Assembly (NCBI RefSeq): GCF_052425735.1
Contig: NC_135762.1
Span: forward strand, 23,870,001 to 23,934,000
Source of the DNA: Oculina patagonica
Taxonomy: Eukaryota
DNA length: 64,000 bases
Direction of reading: 5' to 3'
Shown here: piece by piece, positions 1 through 12,520 of the stretch
Position numbering within the stretch: the first letter of the stretch is position 1
Layout of the letters: every line of letters starts with the position of its first letter
The notes under the pieces: model-generated
What the model saw: only the letters and a program-made list of their open reading frames with translations
Databases searched by the model: none
Told to the model about the DNA's origin: nothing
Position numbers and translations under genes: made by a program

Positions 1-1817
1 CGTTTTCGCTGACTCTCGCTGATCGTCTTCAAGATCCGCGCTAATATTTCGATCTTTGATGCCGGTATGTGGTGAATTTTCAATGAATCGCGAGTGATGT
101 CTAGAAAATCTGACCCGAAAAGTTAAAAGGTTAGTTCAGTTTGATGTTGACAACTTTCGGCGATGGTTGAACGATACGAAATTGGATTACAAAATGGCGA
201 TAATTACCTTCTAATGATCATGGTTGAAGTCTTTGACATAAGAATTACTTCAAGCACGATAGCGCAGGGTATTTTCGCCAGTGAGGAGAACATTTTGCAG
301 TGATTTGTAACTCGTATGTGTTCCGGAAAGCCAGCAAAATTTTCAACAGGGTTTTGAAGGTTGAATTGATAAGCTTACTATCACAATCGAAGCTTAACTT
401 GGATTTTGCTATCTTGGCGTTTTTATCAGTTCTGTTTATTAATCAGATATTTTAAGTACAACTGACAGACACAGTGAAGAAATCAACGATAACCAGGCAA
501 ATTGCATTTAGATATTGTCATTAATTTAACACAAAAACTCTACAGATGCAATATACACATAAAATGTTGATAAGTCATTTAAACTTGACTTGCACATTTA
601 AATTTTGAAACTTGCTGGTTTCATTGTTAAATTAAATTAAATAATTAATGAGTGTGTGTCTTTTAAATTTGATTAAGAAGATTAAATTATTTATCTGGCT
701 TTTATAGTTTTATGCATTTGTTAATTCAAATTGAAAGTGCATGTTGGACCCTGTTTTTGTCACACAGGTCCACTGAATAAATAAAATTTATATTGATACA
801 TGTATCAATGCATAAGAGCATTTAAAACAGTTCAGTTACTGAACTGTGGGACAGAAAGTATGATTTAGTCTCACAGATTCCAAAAATGTTTCTGTAAATA
901 AGATTCCCAATTGTTGGAGTCTTTTTATCATTATTTTTGTCTGCAGTGTTGTAAAGTTTCTTCCCAAAACAACACAATGTTTCCTTGGACTTCAAGTTAA
1001 CACTGAACACATCATGTTGGTAAATCGGTTGGATATTACAGCCATTCAAAGAGTAAATTAGGTTGCAATGCTTTTATTTTCAAATGGTGCCATCTGGAGT
1101 TACACTAAGTGCAGAACTTTTGAGACAGGACTCTTGCTTAAAAAAAAAAACAAACTGAGCAGATGGTGACTCTAGAAACATTGAAGCCGATTTTCTTTCT
1201 AGGTAGTCATTGCTGTTGAACAGTTTTGTAAGCATTCAACTTGTCTACAGGTGCTTGCCTGTGCTATCATTTCAATTTCTATGTGAAAACAATTTGAAAT
1301 ATGCAAATAGAACTGCCTATAATTCAATTGGGCAATAAATTTAATGGTCTTTCGAACTGTGAAAAAGCTTCACAAATTACTCCCATGCTTTTGAAATCTC
1401 ATCCAGCATGGCTGCTACTGTACCTGTAGTTTCCAAGAATATTATTATTTTAACATGCTCTCTTGGAAAAATCTTTCATATTAAAAGCAAATATTGTTTA
1501 GTCTTCCTCTTGTTTTTAAAGAAAGACTTGTGAATCTGAAATTACCATTTAAACAAATGAAGCATTGTTTTCTTTGGTGCCTTTAAAGTGGCACCAAGAT
1601 TAAAATGCGTACTCTAAAGTGGCTTGCTTTGTTTCATTAAGCCCCAAATGTTAAACACACCAAACTACATGTCTTTTTTCTCGTGGGAGTATTTTCTAGA
1701 CCAAGCAAAGAAGATGTGATCATACTTGGTGCTAGAGATTTTGGGCCTGTTCTTACTGTTTTCTGATGATGGCTGGTAAACTTGGACCTTTCTTAGTTTT
1801 GTAGCTCTATGACCAAG

Positions 1818-2193
1818 CGGTGTCTGACATTTGCAGAATGCAGTCTGCAGAATGCAGACTAAGAGAATATATTGTGTTACCTTTACCATTATTGAAAGCT
1901 AACCGTAAACAGGCTAACCGGAGTGCTATTGGAGGGTAGGCTAACCGGAGTGAATAGTAGGCTAACCGGAGTGCGTAGTAGGCTAACCGGAGTGAACTTT
2001 TCACTCGGGTTAGCCTACTACACACTCCGGTTAGCCTACTATTCACTCCGGTTAGCCTACTATTCACTCTGGTTAGCCTAAATAGCACTTCGGTTAGCCT
2101 GTTTACAGTTAGCTTTCAATAATGGTAAAGGTAACACAATATATTCTCTTAGTCTGCATTCTGCATTCTGCATTCTGCAAATGTCAGACACCG
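1818..2193. mobile_element. Foldback/MITE with ~110-bp TIRs, internal 21-bp minisatellite and 9-bp TSD
   Basis: CGGTGTCTGACATTTGCAGAATG... / ...CATTCTGCAAATGTCAGACACCG; TSD ATGACCAAG / ATGACTAAG; inner repeats of GGCTAACCGGAGTG switch orientation at the centre. Confidence 0.85.
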
Positions 2194-2454
2194 ATGACTA
2201 AGCACTGCTTGTTGACTTCTTTAGCTTATTGACTTCTTAGCTTATTAAGCTTGTTGACTTCTTAGCTTATTTAGCCAAATTAAATAGAAATGACCCTATT
2301 GGTTTGTCCTCTTGATAATAAATTGTTGAATGTGTGATTTTTTCCACAGATCCATCAATGTGCAGATAACTTGTAGAAGCTTTCACTAAGCTGCAAATAA
2401 GGAGTGTGCTGCACAGACATAAAGAAGTGCTAGCAAGCATTTAACATCTACAAA

Positions 2455-5400
2455 ATGAACTTCAGAATATGTATTCTCAGCCTTCTTGTGACACTTATTT
2501 GTGCTAGTGGATTAGAGGATCAATACAGAAGACTTCCAAATGCTATAGCTGTCGTTGGAAGATCTTTTGAATACTTTTTACCCCCTAAAGATGGAAGCAA
2601 ACAGCAATATAAGGTATGTTCTGAAAGCAGATACACACACACTTTATGTGCATACCGTGAAATGGATATCACTTAATCCATTGAAGCACTAACAACATTG
2701 AATATTGGTGTTAATTAAAAGAGTTGTTAAGTACAAGGTTAAAAAAATTAACCCAAGAGAAGTTAATTAAAAATATCTTCAGCTTTGAAGGCAGGTCTGA
2801 AAGTGCACACAATTTTTGTACTTTCACCAATCCAACTTTGATTAAAGATAGGAAAATTATGACTTAGAACACAATAGAATTAAAATGCTACATCCTTTGC
2901 AACCATAATATTATTGTCCATAATTTTAATTGCAAGGGTGTGGAAACTACAGAATTTGAGATGTTGTCATGCATTTTTAATTGAACCATTGATTAACATT
3001 GTAGCAATGGAACAATATTTTAGAGAATTGCTTGATTTTATGAACGTAGCAGCTGTGACATACAAACTAGTGAAGGAACTGTCAGAAGCTGGCTGCCCAT
3101 CTTAACGTAGGCAGTCATGCATTCACAAAGGCCATGCCTCCTTTTAAGGATGCAGCTAAGAAAGAACTAAGCAGGCTCATTAAAGAGCCCAGCTGGCTTT
3201 TCTGGTCCTGTGCACCTAAAGCAGGTGATACAATGGATCCGTTCCCTTAGTGTCATCTTTCAGTCATTTTCAAACTTTGAGCAGTCAGTCAATTTAATTA
3301 AAGTTGCAAGTCACAATAGGTGGTAATGCTGGCTATAAATGAAGTCCTGAGGAACAGTTAAAATTTCAAGGTACTCTTAGAGTGACAAGGCTACTAAATG
3401 TATTCATTGAGCAAACAATTTTGTACTCCAAACCTTTCTCAGATAAGATGAATCCAACTAGAAGTTAGAATAGGATAATTTGATACAAATGTACCAAAGA
3501 CATCCTGATTTTATGTCTACCTCCCTTACATGTACAGTATCACTCTACCACTGTTGCATCTACCCCATTGCCTCTAACCTATTACAGTAGTGCATGTCCT
3601 ACCATTGCCAAGTAAAAAACAACTACATGTAGAATCTAAGTTGCACCACAATTGTAATATCACCTCAGTTTTGTAGTTTTTCTATATTAATGCAGCTGTT
3701 GTTTCTGTTGTGTCTGTTAGGTGTTTGAACAAGGTAAAACAGCTCTACCCAAATGGCTGTCATTTGATGCAGGCAAGAACCAACTTCATGGGTTGCCTTT
3801 ATGGCGCGACAAAGGGAAAGTGGACATTGAGGTCCATTTGAAGGACAGTCAACTGGACAAGGCTGTTTTCTCTATTGATGTTCAAGACTTGCATACCATG
3901 TTGGAGAATAAATCCATGATCTCGAATGAGACAAAGGTACCACCCTTTACAGAACCACAGTGCTCCCAAGGAATGCATGTTGCTGTTGCGACTATCCAGT
4001 TCGATCTTCACATGGGTAAGCTCTGTGGAAGAGAAAGAATGAATCTGATGAGAAAACTATCCAACTTTGCTGACGTGAACATGGAAGAGCTTCACATGTC
4101 AGTTGGAAAGGGACACGGCACAGCATTCGGGTTCAAAGATGTCATGATGGTAACAGCAGGACCAGGGAATGTGGCAGATCCCAAGGAGCCTGGTATTGTG
4201 ATTTCTTGGAAAATTGGCTGTGGAATGGACGTTGCAGGTGGGTAGTATGTAGTAATGCAGTTTTGAAATTGATGTGACTTTGATTGAAGGGACGAAAAAC
4301 CTGTCAACACCAGAGCTTGCAAATTCCACTGTTCAGGAACGCAGCAGGCCAAAGAACATTCACATACAGAGCCGTAAACCTATAGAACAGCCTTGATATT
4401 AAAATCAAAAACGCTAAATCTCTGTACTCTTTTAAATCAAAGCTTAGGGATCATCTTCTTTTAAACTTTTAATCATTATTTTATTTAGTTTTCAATTTTA
4501 TTTGTAAACATTAGTGTTAGTAGATTTATTTTTTATTGTAAATAGTTTCTGAAAAGCCCTATGGGGAGATTACTATTAGAGTTCTTATCTTATCTTATCT
4601 TAAGGGAGATGTGGTCACCAAAATGGATAATTAGTATGTTGGACTCTAGACCAAGGGGGGGGGGGAACTTCCATATATGAGCTTTATAGGTATGTGCGGC
4701 TGTGAAGGGTATGGTTTTGTCTGGGACAAGGTATTGAAATCAGAGAGTTTTGGTCTAGAATAGGGCATGATTTGCCAGGAAACTGATCAGTGGTATGAAG
4801 AATTAAGTTCAGAAAAGGAATTGAAACTCAGAAGAGAAACAGGCTATCTAAACATAAATAAAATAGTTGCAGTAACGTTGCTGACAGATGGTTCCCATTA
4901 AAAACACTAATAATGAGACAGTTCCAAAAAAATAAGTCTGGGATAGGGTATTTTTTTTGGTGTCTGGTCTAGTATAGAGTTGCAGAATCAGCTTAACATG
5001 GTCTGGTATAGGGTAAGGGCTTTAGAGTCCCAGCTGCACACCCACACCCAAAAATATACAGTGCCCCCACCCCCCTGGGTTGTGAGAGTGTTGCACAATA
5101 TAATTATTTTGTTGAATACTAGTGACAGTATGAGCCTATGGACTAAGAAGTAGGAACAGATGAAAAAACATTGGCTTGAGGTCATAGTGTGTGGCCTGTG
5201 CCACAAGTTTTAGGGGTGGTGAATGGTCCTTCAAAAAATGCGTGTCTCGCAAAATTTAAGCCAAAGTTCAGGTGTCTCGTCGTCTCGAATATTTCTTTGA
5301 TGCCTTCTCGAAGAGTCTCAATTTCTTTTTCAAGGCTAAAAAGGTCTCGGGCTCGCAGAAAAGATGTCAGTCTCGCCATCTAGCAAAGTCTCGCATTAAC

Positions 5401-8400
5401 CGTTCGACACCCCTAGTTCTGATGTAATGTATATGAAATAATTCATATACGAACTGCGGATGGATATGAAAGTGATAAATGATCATCGCAGTGAATTTTC
5501 TAATTTAAGCAATTGGAATAAAGAAGCCTGAAAAAAATTCAGGGCTTCAACGGAGCATCGCACCGGTATCGCGGAGATCCTGTTGAAGCCCTGAATTTTT
5601 TTTTTCAGGCTTCTTTATTCCAATTGCTTAAATTGGAAATTCACTGCGATGATCATTTATCACTTTTTTTTTTTTTCACCCCTAGTTCTGTACGCAATGA
5701 CCAGAGCCAATATTTTCCTGCCCAGCCCAACTTTACACAGTCAATACATATTTTACCACTTTATTCAGTTTCTTTAGGATTGTGTCACTGGAGCCAAATG
5801 GTGATAAGATAAAGAACTCTTTTTGAACCTTGTCTTGTTTTAACTGTAGGAATGCAAGTGGCTTCTCTATTGAAATCCAGTTCTGAGCAAGGAACATTCA
5901 AACAGGCCCTTGAAGCCCCTGTAAGTGGATGGCACATTGCAACTGGGCATCCAAAAACTCATCAAAAAAGGGTGCGCAGACAAGCAAGCAATCTGTTTCC
6001 AACCCCAGTACCGACTCAGCCATTAGCAAGCTCAATGAGACAAGTCCGTCAGACTGCCACTCCTTCATTCACAGTGGCTCCACCGACTTCTATTACTGCA
6101 ACATCTACTAAAGTGACTCCTACAGTGACCATTACTCACAACACCGAACCTTCCATTCTGAGCCCGCTTAGCCAGATGACTATCTACATGGGAAGAGCTG
6201 TACGGTACCAAATCCCAGCTGATACATTTTTTGACAAGCAGGATGGTTTCACTAGAAATCTAAGACTAGAAATGAGAACAGGTAGTTCTGGTCAACTGTC
6301 GTCATCATCGTGGATATTGTTTGACTCACAGAAACAAGAAATCTATGGCCTTCCATTTGGTAATGACAAGATTGGATTACACCAGTTTGTTCTTACAGCC
6401 ACTGACACAGGAGGGAAATCTGTGTCTGACTCTTTTACTGTGCAGGTGTCTAACAGTCGTACCCCTTTCAATCAAGTGTTTACAATTTGCTTGAATTATG
6501 ACTACAAGACATTTATGAATAACGTTGCGATTCGGCTACAGCTGATGAGGAAGATTGCTCATTACTATGGTTGGGACTTGTCTAAGTTACAGGTTGCATC
6601 CTACTATTATAAACATGGTGCAATTTTCTTTGCATTTCAATTCGAGTTATCAAATGAGGATTGCAACAGTGCATCTTTGAAGAATCTTATTGACGGCTTT
6701 GGAAGTAATAACAGACAATTGAATCCAAACTTCAAGAAATCTCTTCTTCCAGAGTTTGACGTAATGTATGGTTTTCATGAAGGCATTGGACCCTGCGCAC
6801 CAGTTCCTTCTACAAATACTGCACCTGAAATAAAGAATGCTATTGGCCGGCTGATTGTGTTTTTGGGACAAGGAATGCGTTTCACTATCCCCTGGGACAC
6901 TTTCTATGACCGACAAGACCACTACACTCGAAACTTGAAGCTTGAAATGAGAACAAACAATGGCAAAGCTCTGCCTGCAACCTCTTGGATCCTTTTTGAC
7001 TCTTCTCGGCAGGAAATTTTTGGCCAACCTAATGATCAGAATTTAGTTGGACAGCATGTGTTTCGTATAGTTGCTATTGATAAAGGAGGACTTGAAACTT
7101 TTACTAACGTAAAGGTGGTTGTGGTGGACGATACAAACAGTTACAATCACATGTTTGGGATTCGCCTCCGAGGCTATAGCTACGAAGATATTGCAGGAAA
7201 TGCTGAAAACAGGGTGTTCTTATTGAAATCTATTGCTAAATACTATCACCTGAATTTAACCAATGTGCGCATTGCCAAATATGCCCAAGGAGTATCTGTA
7301 AGTTTTAGGTTTGATTCCATTCCATATAATGATTGTGATAGTCCACTCTTGAAGAGAATCATCGATGGCTTCTGGGTCCATGGCGATAAAAATGAGGTCA
7401 ATCAATCCTTTGTAGCTGCCCTTAAAGAAGACAATATAACTGTTGTCACTGGCCATTACATAGCTTCTGGACCTTGTGAACATCTCACATCAGAAATAAA
7501 CAGTGCTCCATATGAAAGTGAGCGTATTGACCGGAAATTTGTGTACCAAGGACAAGCATTGTCCTTCCACATACCCTATGACACCTTTTACGACGAGCAG
7601 GAATTTTTTACACCTAACTTGAGATTGAGCATTAGAACGATGCAAAATGAAGATCTTCCACAATCATCTTGGCTTTCGCTTGACTCTGCAAAGCAGGACA
7701 TTTATGGTTTACCTTTGGACATCAGTACAGTTGGAAGTCACAGGTTCCGCCTTGTCGCAAGGGATAGAAAGAACGAGGAAGGAGATACCACGTTGAGAGT
7801 GAATGTCTTGGAGGACAAAGCAGCTTATAATCACAAGTTCACCATCCGTATTGACAACTACAATGCACTCAAGAACGATGTTGCTATGAGGGTGAAATTG
7901 TTGGCTAAAATAGCCAGTTATTATGGTCTGGATCTCAAAAATGTAAGGGTATTGAGAGAAGAGCCTGCTGACACATTTACTTATCGATTTGACACTGTTC
8001 CAGCTGACCAGTGCAACAACACAAACCTTACAAAGTTAATAAATGGATTCTGGAGTGGTAAAAACATGAATCCAAAATTTGTGGAAGCCCTTTCTCCAGA
8101 TTTTGTTGTCATTTCCGGTGGTTACCAACGTCTTGAACCATGCAAAGGGGAAAACACTCCACCACGGTTAATCAACCCTATAAAGCGTCAAACTGTTTTC
8201 GAAGGGCAAGCGATGAAGTATGCTATTCCTCCAGAGACATTCTATGACAAGGAAGACGGCTACACTACCAATCTCAGATTGGTCATGACGACAGCGAAAG
8301 GTGAAAATCTGCTGCCAACTTCGTGGATTCTTCTTTTTGACTCCCCAAAGCAAGAAATTAAAAGTTTGCCAATTGACAGCAACAAAATTGGTGTACATAA

Positions 8401-10381
8401 GTTTTACTTGACTGCCATGGACAAGAAAGGGTTTATGGATTCTGATGAAATTGAAGTGGAGGTGTTGGAAGATACCAATATCTACAACCACAGGTTTACA
8501 ATTGTAATTGGTGATTCAACAGTCCCAGACAATGCAAATTCCAGAGTAACTTTTGTGGAGAAGCTCGCTGCTTACTTTGGTGTTGACTTTCATGATGTCC
8601 GTGTCCGTAGCTATGGCCCAGATGTTCCAACTACTTTTCAGTTTGCCATCCCAAACCTAGAATGTGATGACTTACGGCTATTGAAGTGGAAATCTAGCTT
8701 CATAATCAACAAAAAATTAAATGAAAACTTCATCAATGCTCTTAGTCCTGAGTTCCAAGTCACTTCTGGCTCATATGAAGGCCTGGACATTTGCAAAACG
8801 CCTGAACCAATAGCAAATACACCTCCTCAACTATATAATCACATTGACCGGCTGAATGTATTCCAAGGACAAGGGCTACGATTTTTAATTCCAAATGACA
8901 CATTTTATGACAAAGAAGACCTGTATACTCCAAACTTAAAGCTAGAGATGAAGACAATTGATGGTGACAAACTTCTAAGGACATCTTGGATACTCCTCAA
9001 TTCTTCACGCCAAGAAATTTACGGCTTGCCCACTGATATAAAAAGAATTGGATTACATGAGTTTTTGATGGTTGCAGCTGATAAGGAAGGAAGTAAGGCC
9101 TATGATGCATTTGAAGTGAGTGTGTTGGAAGACAACATTCCGTACAATCACAAGTTTAACATTCTGATCGACTATGACAATGTTACATTCATGGACAATG
9201 TCGGGGTCAGAGTGTTCCTGCTAGACAAGATAGCAAGTTACTTTGGTGTGAACTTCACCAGTGTGCGTGTCCTCAGCTACACTCCTGGGGTTCTCTTTAC
9301 ATTCTATTTCGATTTTTTGCCATACGAGGAATGTTCACATCCTTTCTTGACAAAGCTTATTGAATTGTTTTGGTTTGGTGAAGATTTAAATCCACAGTTT
9401 GTAGCTGCACTTGGTCCTGATTTCAGGGTGATATCTGGGTCTTATGAGATGCTAACTCCATGTAAAGTTGTTGGACCAGACACTGATGCTTTAGTTGGAG
9501 ACCGTCCTGGAGGAATATGGTGGACTTATGCAATTATACCTGCAATTGTGCTTGCAATTGTCCTCCTTCTCATTGGGTGCTGCGTGTTAATCCTTATGGG
9601 ATGTTGTCGAAAGCAGAAAATGACAGGAGCAGAGAAAACCACCTTCATTTATAAGCGAAAGCCAGTTGTCCTCCAGGAAGAGTACGAGATCAAGGAACTG
9701 CTACTGAAGCAGCCAATAGTCCTGCCGAATGAAAAGCCACCTGTTCCACCTGTGTATCCTCGCAGCCCTGTACTAGGTGGTGACAAAACCCCACTTCTGG
9801 TGGAGGAAACAAAGTCTGTACCCTACCAAGCACCAACATTCGTGTCCAGTAGACAAATGGCGGGTGGTGGTGGTGGTGGTAGTAGTAATGCTGCATTTGC
9901 TAATGGCAATGGTGGTGGAGCTGGTGGTGGGGCTGGAGGTGGTGGCGGTGGCGGTGGTGGTGGCGCAATTGCTGGTTTCGGTGGTAGTGGCGGTGGTGGG
10001 GTTGGAGCCGCTGGTGGTGCCGGAGGTGGTGGTGCTGGCGCAGGTGGAGGGGGTAGTGCTGCTGGAGGAGCTTTTGGTGGTGCGGCCGGCAGTGGAGGTG
10101 CTGGTGGCGGAGGTGCTGGAGGTGGCGCTGGTGGTGGTGGTGCCGGTGCAGGTGGGGCTGGTGGAGGTGGAGCTGGGGGAGGTGGAGCTGGGGGAGGTGC
10201 TGGTGGCAGCGGCTTTGCTGGTGGTGGTTCTGTCGGTTTTAGTATGGCTTCAGGTGGTGGTGGTTTTAAGCAGACTTCATACAGCTACAGTTATAGCAGC
10301 AGTGGGGGCAGTGTTTCTGGGAGCAGTCGCAAGGCAGCCTATTCTGGTTACCGGTTACCTCCAGCCTATGTGCCACCATAA
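2455..10381 (+). CDS. DAG1: Dystroglycan-like protein A (expanded form, ~1735 aa): signal peptide, N-terminal Ig + S6-like domain, furin site, short mucin stretch, 5 tandem cadherin-like Ig (CADG) + SEA-like modules, TM helix, Gly-rich cytoplasmic tail, C-terminal PPxY
   Basis: Coding exons 2455-2613 (acceptor ...ccacag 2349, donor AAG|gtatgt), 3721-4237 (ttag|GTG, donor G|gtgggt), 5850-10381 (ctgtag|GA). Phases 0 and 1 join into one open frame of 5208 nt. Dystroglycan hallmarks: LPKWLSFD..LHGLP, AGPGNV..VISWKIGC, WHI...KRVRRQ, IPxDTFYDxED repeats, C-terminal YRLPPAYVPP (vertebrate YRSPPPYVPP). Confidence 0.9.
5211..5415. mobile_element. Small MITE (TA-flanked, ~17-bp TIR)
   Basis: TAGGGGTGGTGAATGGT ... 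ACCGTTCGACACCCCTA. Confidence 0.6.
5422..5676. repeat. Palindromic interspersed repeat flanked by a 14-bp direct repeat
   Basis: Hairpin arms ~5470-5550 and ~5583-5665 (AGTGATAAATGATCATCGCAGTGAA.../...TTCACTGCGATGATCATTTATCACT). CACCCCTAGTTCTG occurs at 5408-5421 and 5677-5690. Confidence 0.75.
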
Positions 10382-12132
10382 GCTCGTTACAAAAAAAAAC
10401 TGAGGCACTCTCTTGACAGTCAGTCACGACAAGTGGCTTGCTGACTGGGCTGATGTTCAAGTGTTAAGGGACAGTGATTTGTTAAAAGCTTGTTATGATC
10501 AATCTGCTGAAGCTGCCTCTAAACTAGCCTCCTACACATGGGAGGACGATTGCGTGACAAGGCCAAAGAACATATTTTCAGAATGCTATGATCCGATAGA
10601 TGCAGTAACAAGATTATTTTGGTGGTTTGAATGTTTTCTGTTTGTTAAGTTTTTACGTTAGCACTTGTTGTTTTTCACAAGAGTGAAGTGAATAACAGCG
10701 GATATTTTTCAAACTACAAAGCAGTGAGGTGAATATCCTCTGTTGTTCAACAACACTCAGGTGAATAAATTGTTATTGTTATGGTATGCCTTAACAAGTG
10801 ATCAGCTTGGGTGAAAAGTGCATATTTCTGTTAAAAATGTTAAAAAGAGATAAACTTTTTATGCTGTTTGCAAACCAGTGAAATATTCACTGTTAGTAGT
10901 AAACAAATTATAGCATGTAAAAACAATTTGCTGGTTTTGTACATATTATTATTTAAAATTGATGTAGAAATTCCTTGTTTGGATGTTGAGGATAAATTTG
11001 CAATAGGTATTGTTAATCCTAAGTTTAAGGCATGCATTGTTAGAAGTAAGAGTAAAAATAACAAATTTAAAAAATTACAAGATGTAAATTTTAACATCAT
11101 AATATTTGTAAAGAAAATTGATAAAGGGTGTGTCAATGAAAGCCCTTATAAATGCTTCCAGGCACAAGATAAGAAACAGAAGACTGTTTTATGACAATGT
11201 GCTTCAATGATTGAGCAATGCAAAATCAACATCACCCATCAGTTGGGTGATAAGCCAAAAGGTCTGACATAAGGGTTTCATTCCATGCAACCTAGCTTTC
11301 ATGTTTCTACTAATATTCGAGTTAAACATAGATAATTTTATTGGCATATAATGAATGTAAGAAAAAAAATTATAACATCCATTGAATGGGCCATCTCCAA
11401 GATGCCTTTTACTTTGTTGCAAAACAACGCCTGGTACACAACCTTTCAAATGGAAAGGAGTTTATTCCACATTTATTGTCTTGTAAATGAAACTACTTCC
11501 ATTTGGAAGAGTTTTACACCTCAACATGTTTCAAACCAGAGCAGAAGACAACTTGCAAATGGCATTTTGCTTTAAGACTAGTATTTGGTCTACTTATGTT
11601 GAATTATGTACTCTTTCTTGGCTAGGAAGAAAACTTTATTTAAAAATTATGCCTAGTGACTTTGAAACTGGCTTTAAGGAGTGCAGAATGGTCCCTATGA
11701 GTAATGATTCTTGGAAGTTTTGCAAAAAGTACTTGCATTTTAAGTCTGACTGGTGATTGACTTTTGAAAACCCAAATTGGAATTTGCACACAAGAGTCAG
11801 AGTCAGCTTTTAAGTACGGGATTTCTGATTTCACCATTCTACACTCCCTTCAGTTGTGCAATGCGGCAATGCAAATTTAAAATTGTAACTTTTACCAATT
11901 ATTGAAAATTGGGATGCTGTTCTTTGATAGTAAATTTTAGCATGTCTAATGACTGTACTTAAGGTTCAGTTTGCTCTTTATAGCAGTGCAATGTGGCAAA
12001 GTAATTCAGTCTTTGCTTTATTCTTATGATCAGTAAACTTTTGGAAATGTTATTTTTTTAAATAATCTTGGAAAATAAATTTCAGCTGTTAATAATGTGT
12101 GTTGCCTTTGAACTTTTTTTGTGACAACCATT

Positions 12133-12338
12133 CCCGGGGGGGGGGGGGGGGGACCGCAATGAAAGTGACGGGGAGCCGGCCGGCAAAACGCCCCGCCAAA
12201 TTAGCCAAAATGGTCCAGGGACCCGAAGAACAAAACCCATCTAGTGGACAGGGCAGAAAAGCGAGCCACACCCAGATTGGCCAGGGGCCAAAACCGACGA
12301 GCATCCCCGCCGCATGTGGGAGTCCCCCCCCCCCCGGG
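12133..12338. mobile_element. MITE with CCCGGG(G)n termini and 8-bp TSD (hAT-like)
   Basis: CCCGGGGGG... / ...CCCCCCGGG; flanks CAACCATT / CATCCATT. Confidence 0.7.
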
Positions 12339-12343
12339 CATCC

Positions 12344-12520
12344 ATTACAGCAAGGCGCCCAAATGTGTGACCACTTTTAATTTATTTACATTCTTTCGTG
12401 CAGATTTAATCCAATCAGAAGTCAACTGCAAGCTATCCACAGCTTTTGATTGGATTAAATCTGCACAAAAGAATGTGAATAAATTAAAAGTGGTCACACA
12501 TTTGGGCGCCTTGCTGTAAT
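12344..12520. mobile_element. Near-perfect palindromic MITE
   Basis: ATTACAGCAAGGCGCCCAAATGTGTGACCAC... / ...GTGGTCACACATTTGGGCGCCTTGCTGTAAT, arms ~75 bp. Confidence 0.8.

Noticed and set aside
9777-10403. 208-aa Val-rich ORF overlapping the DG-A tail
   Set aside because: Alternative-frame reading of GGT/GGN glycine codons.
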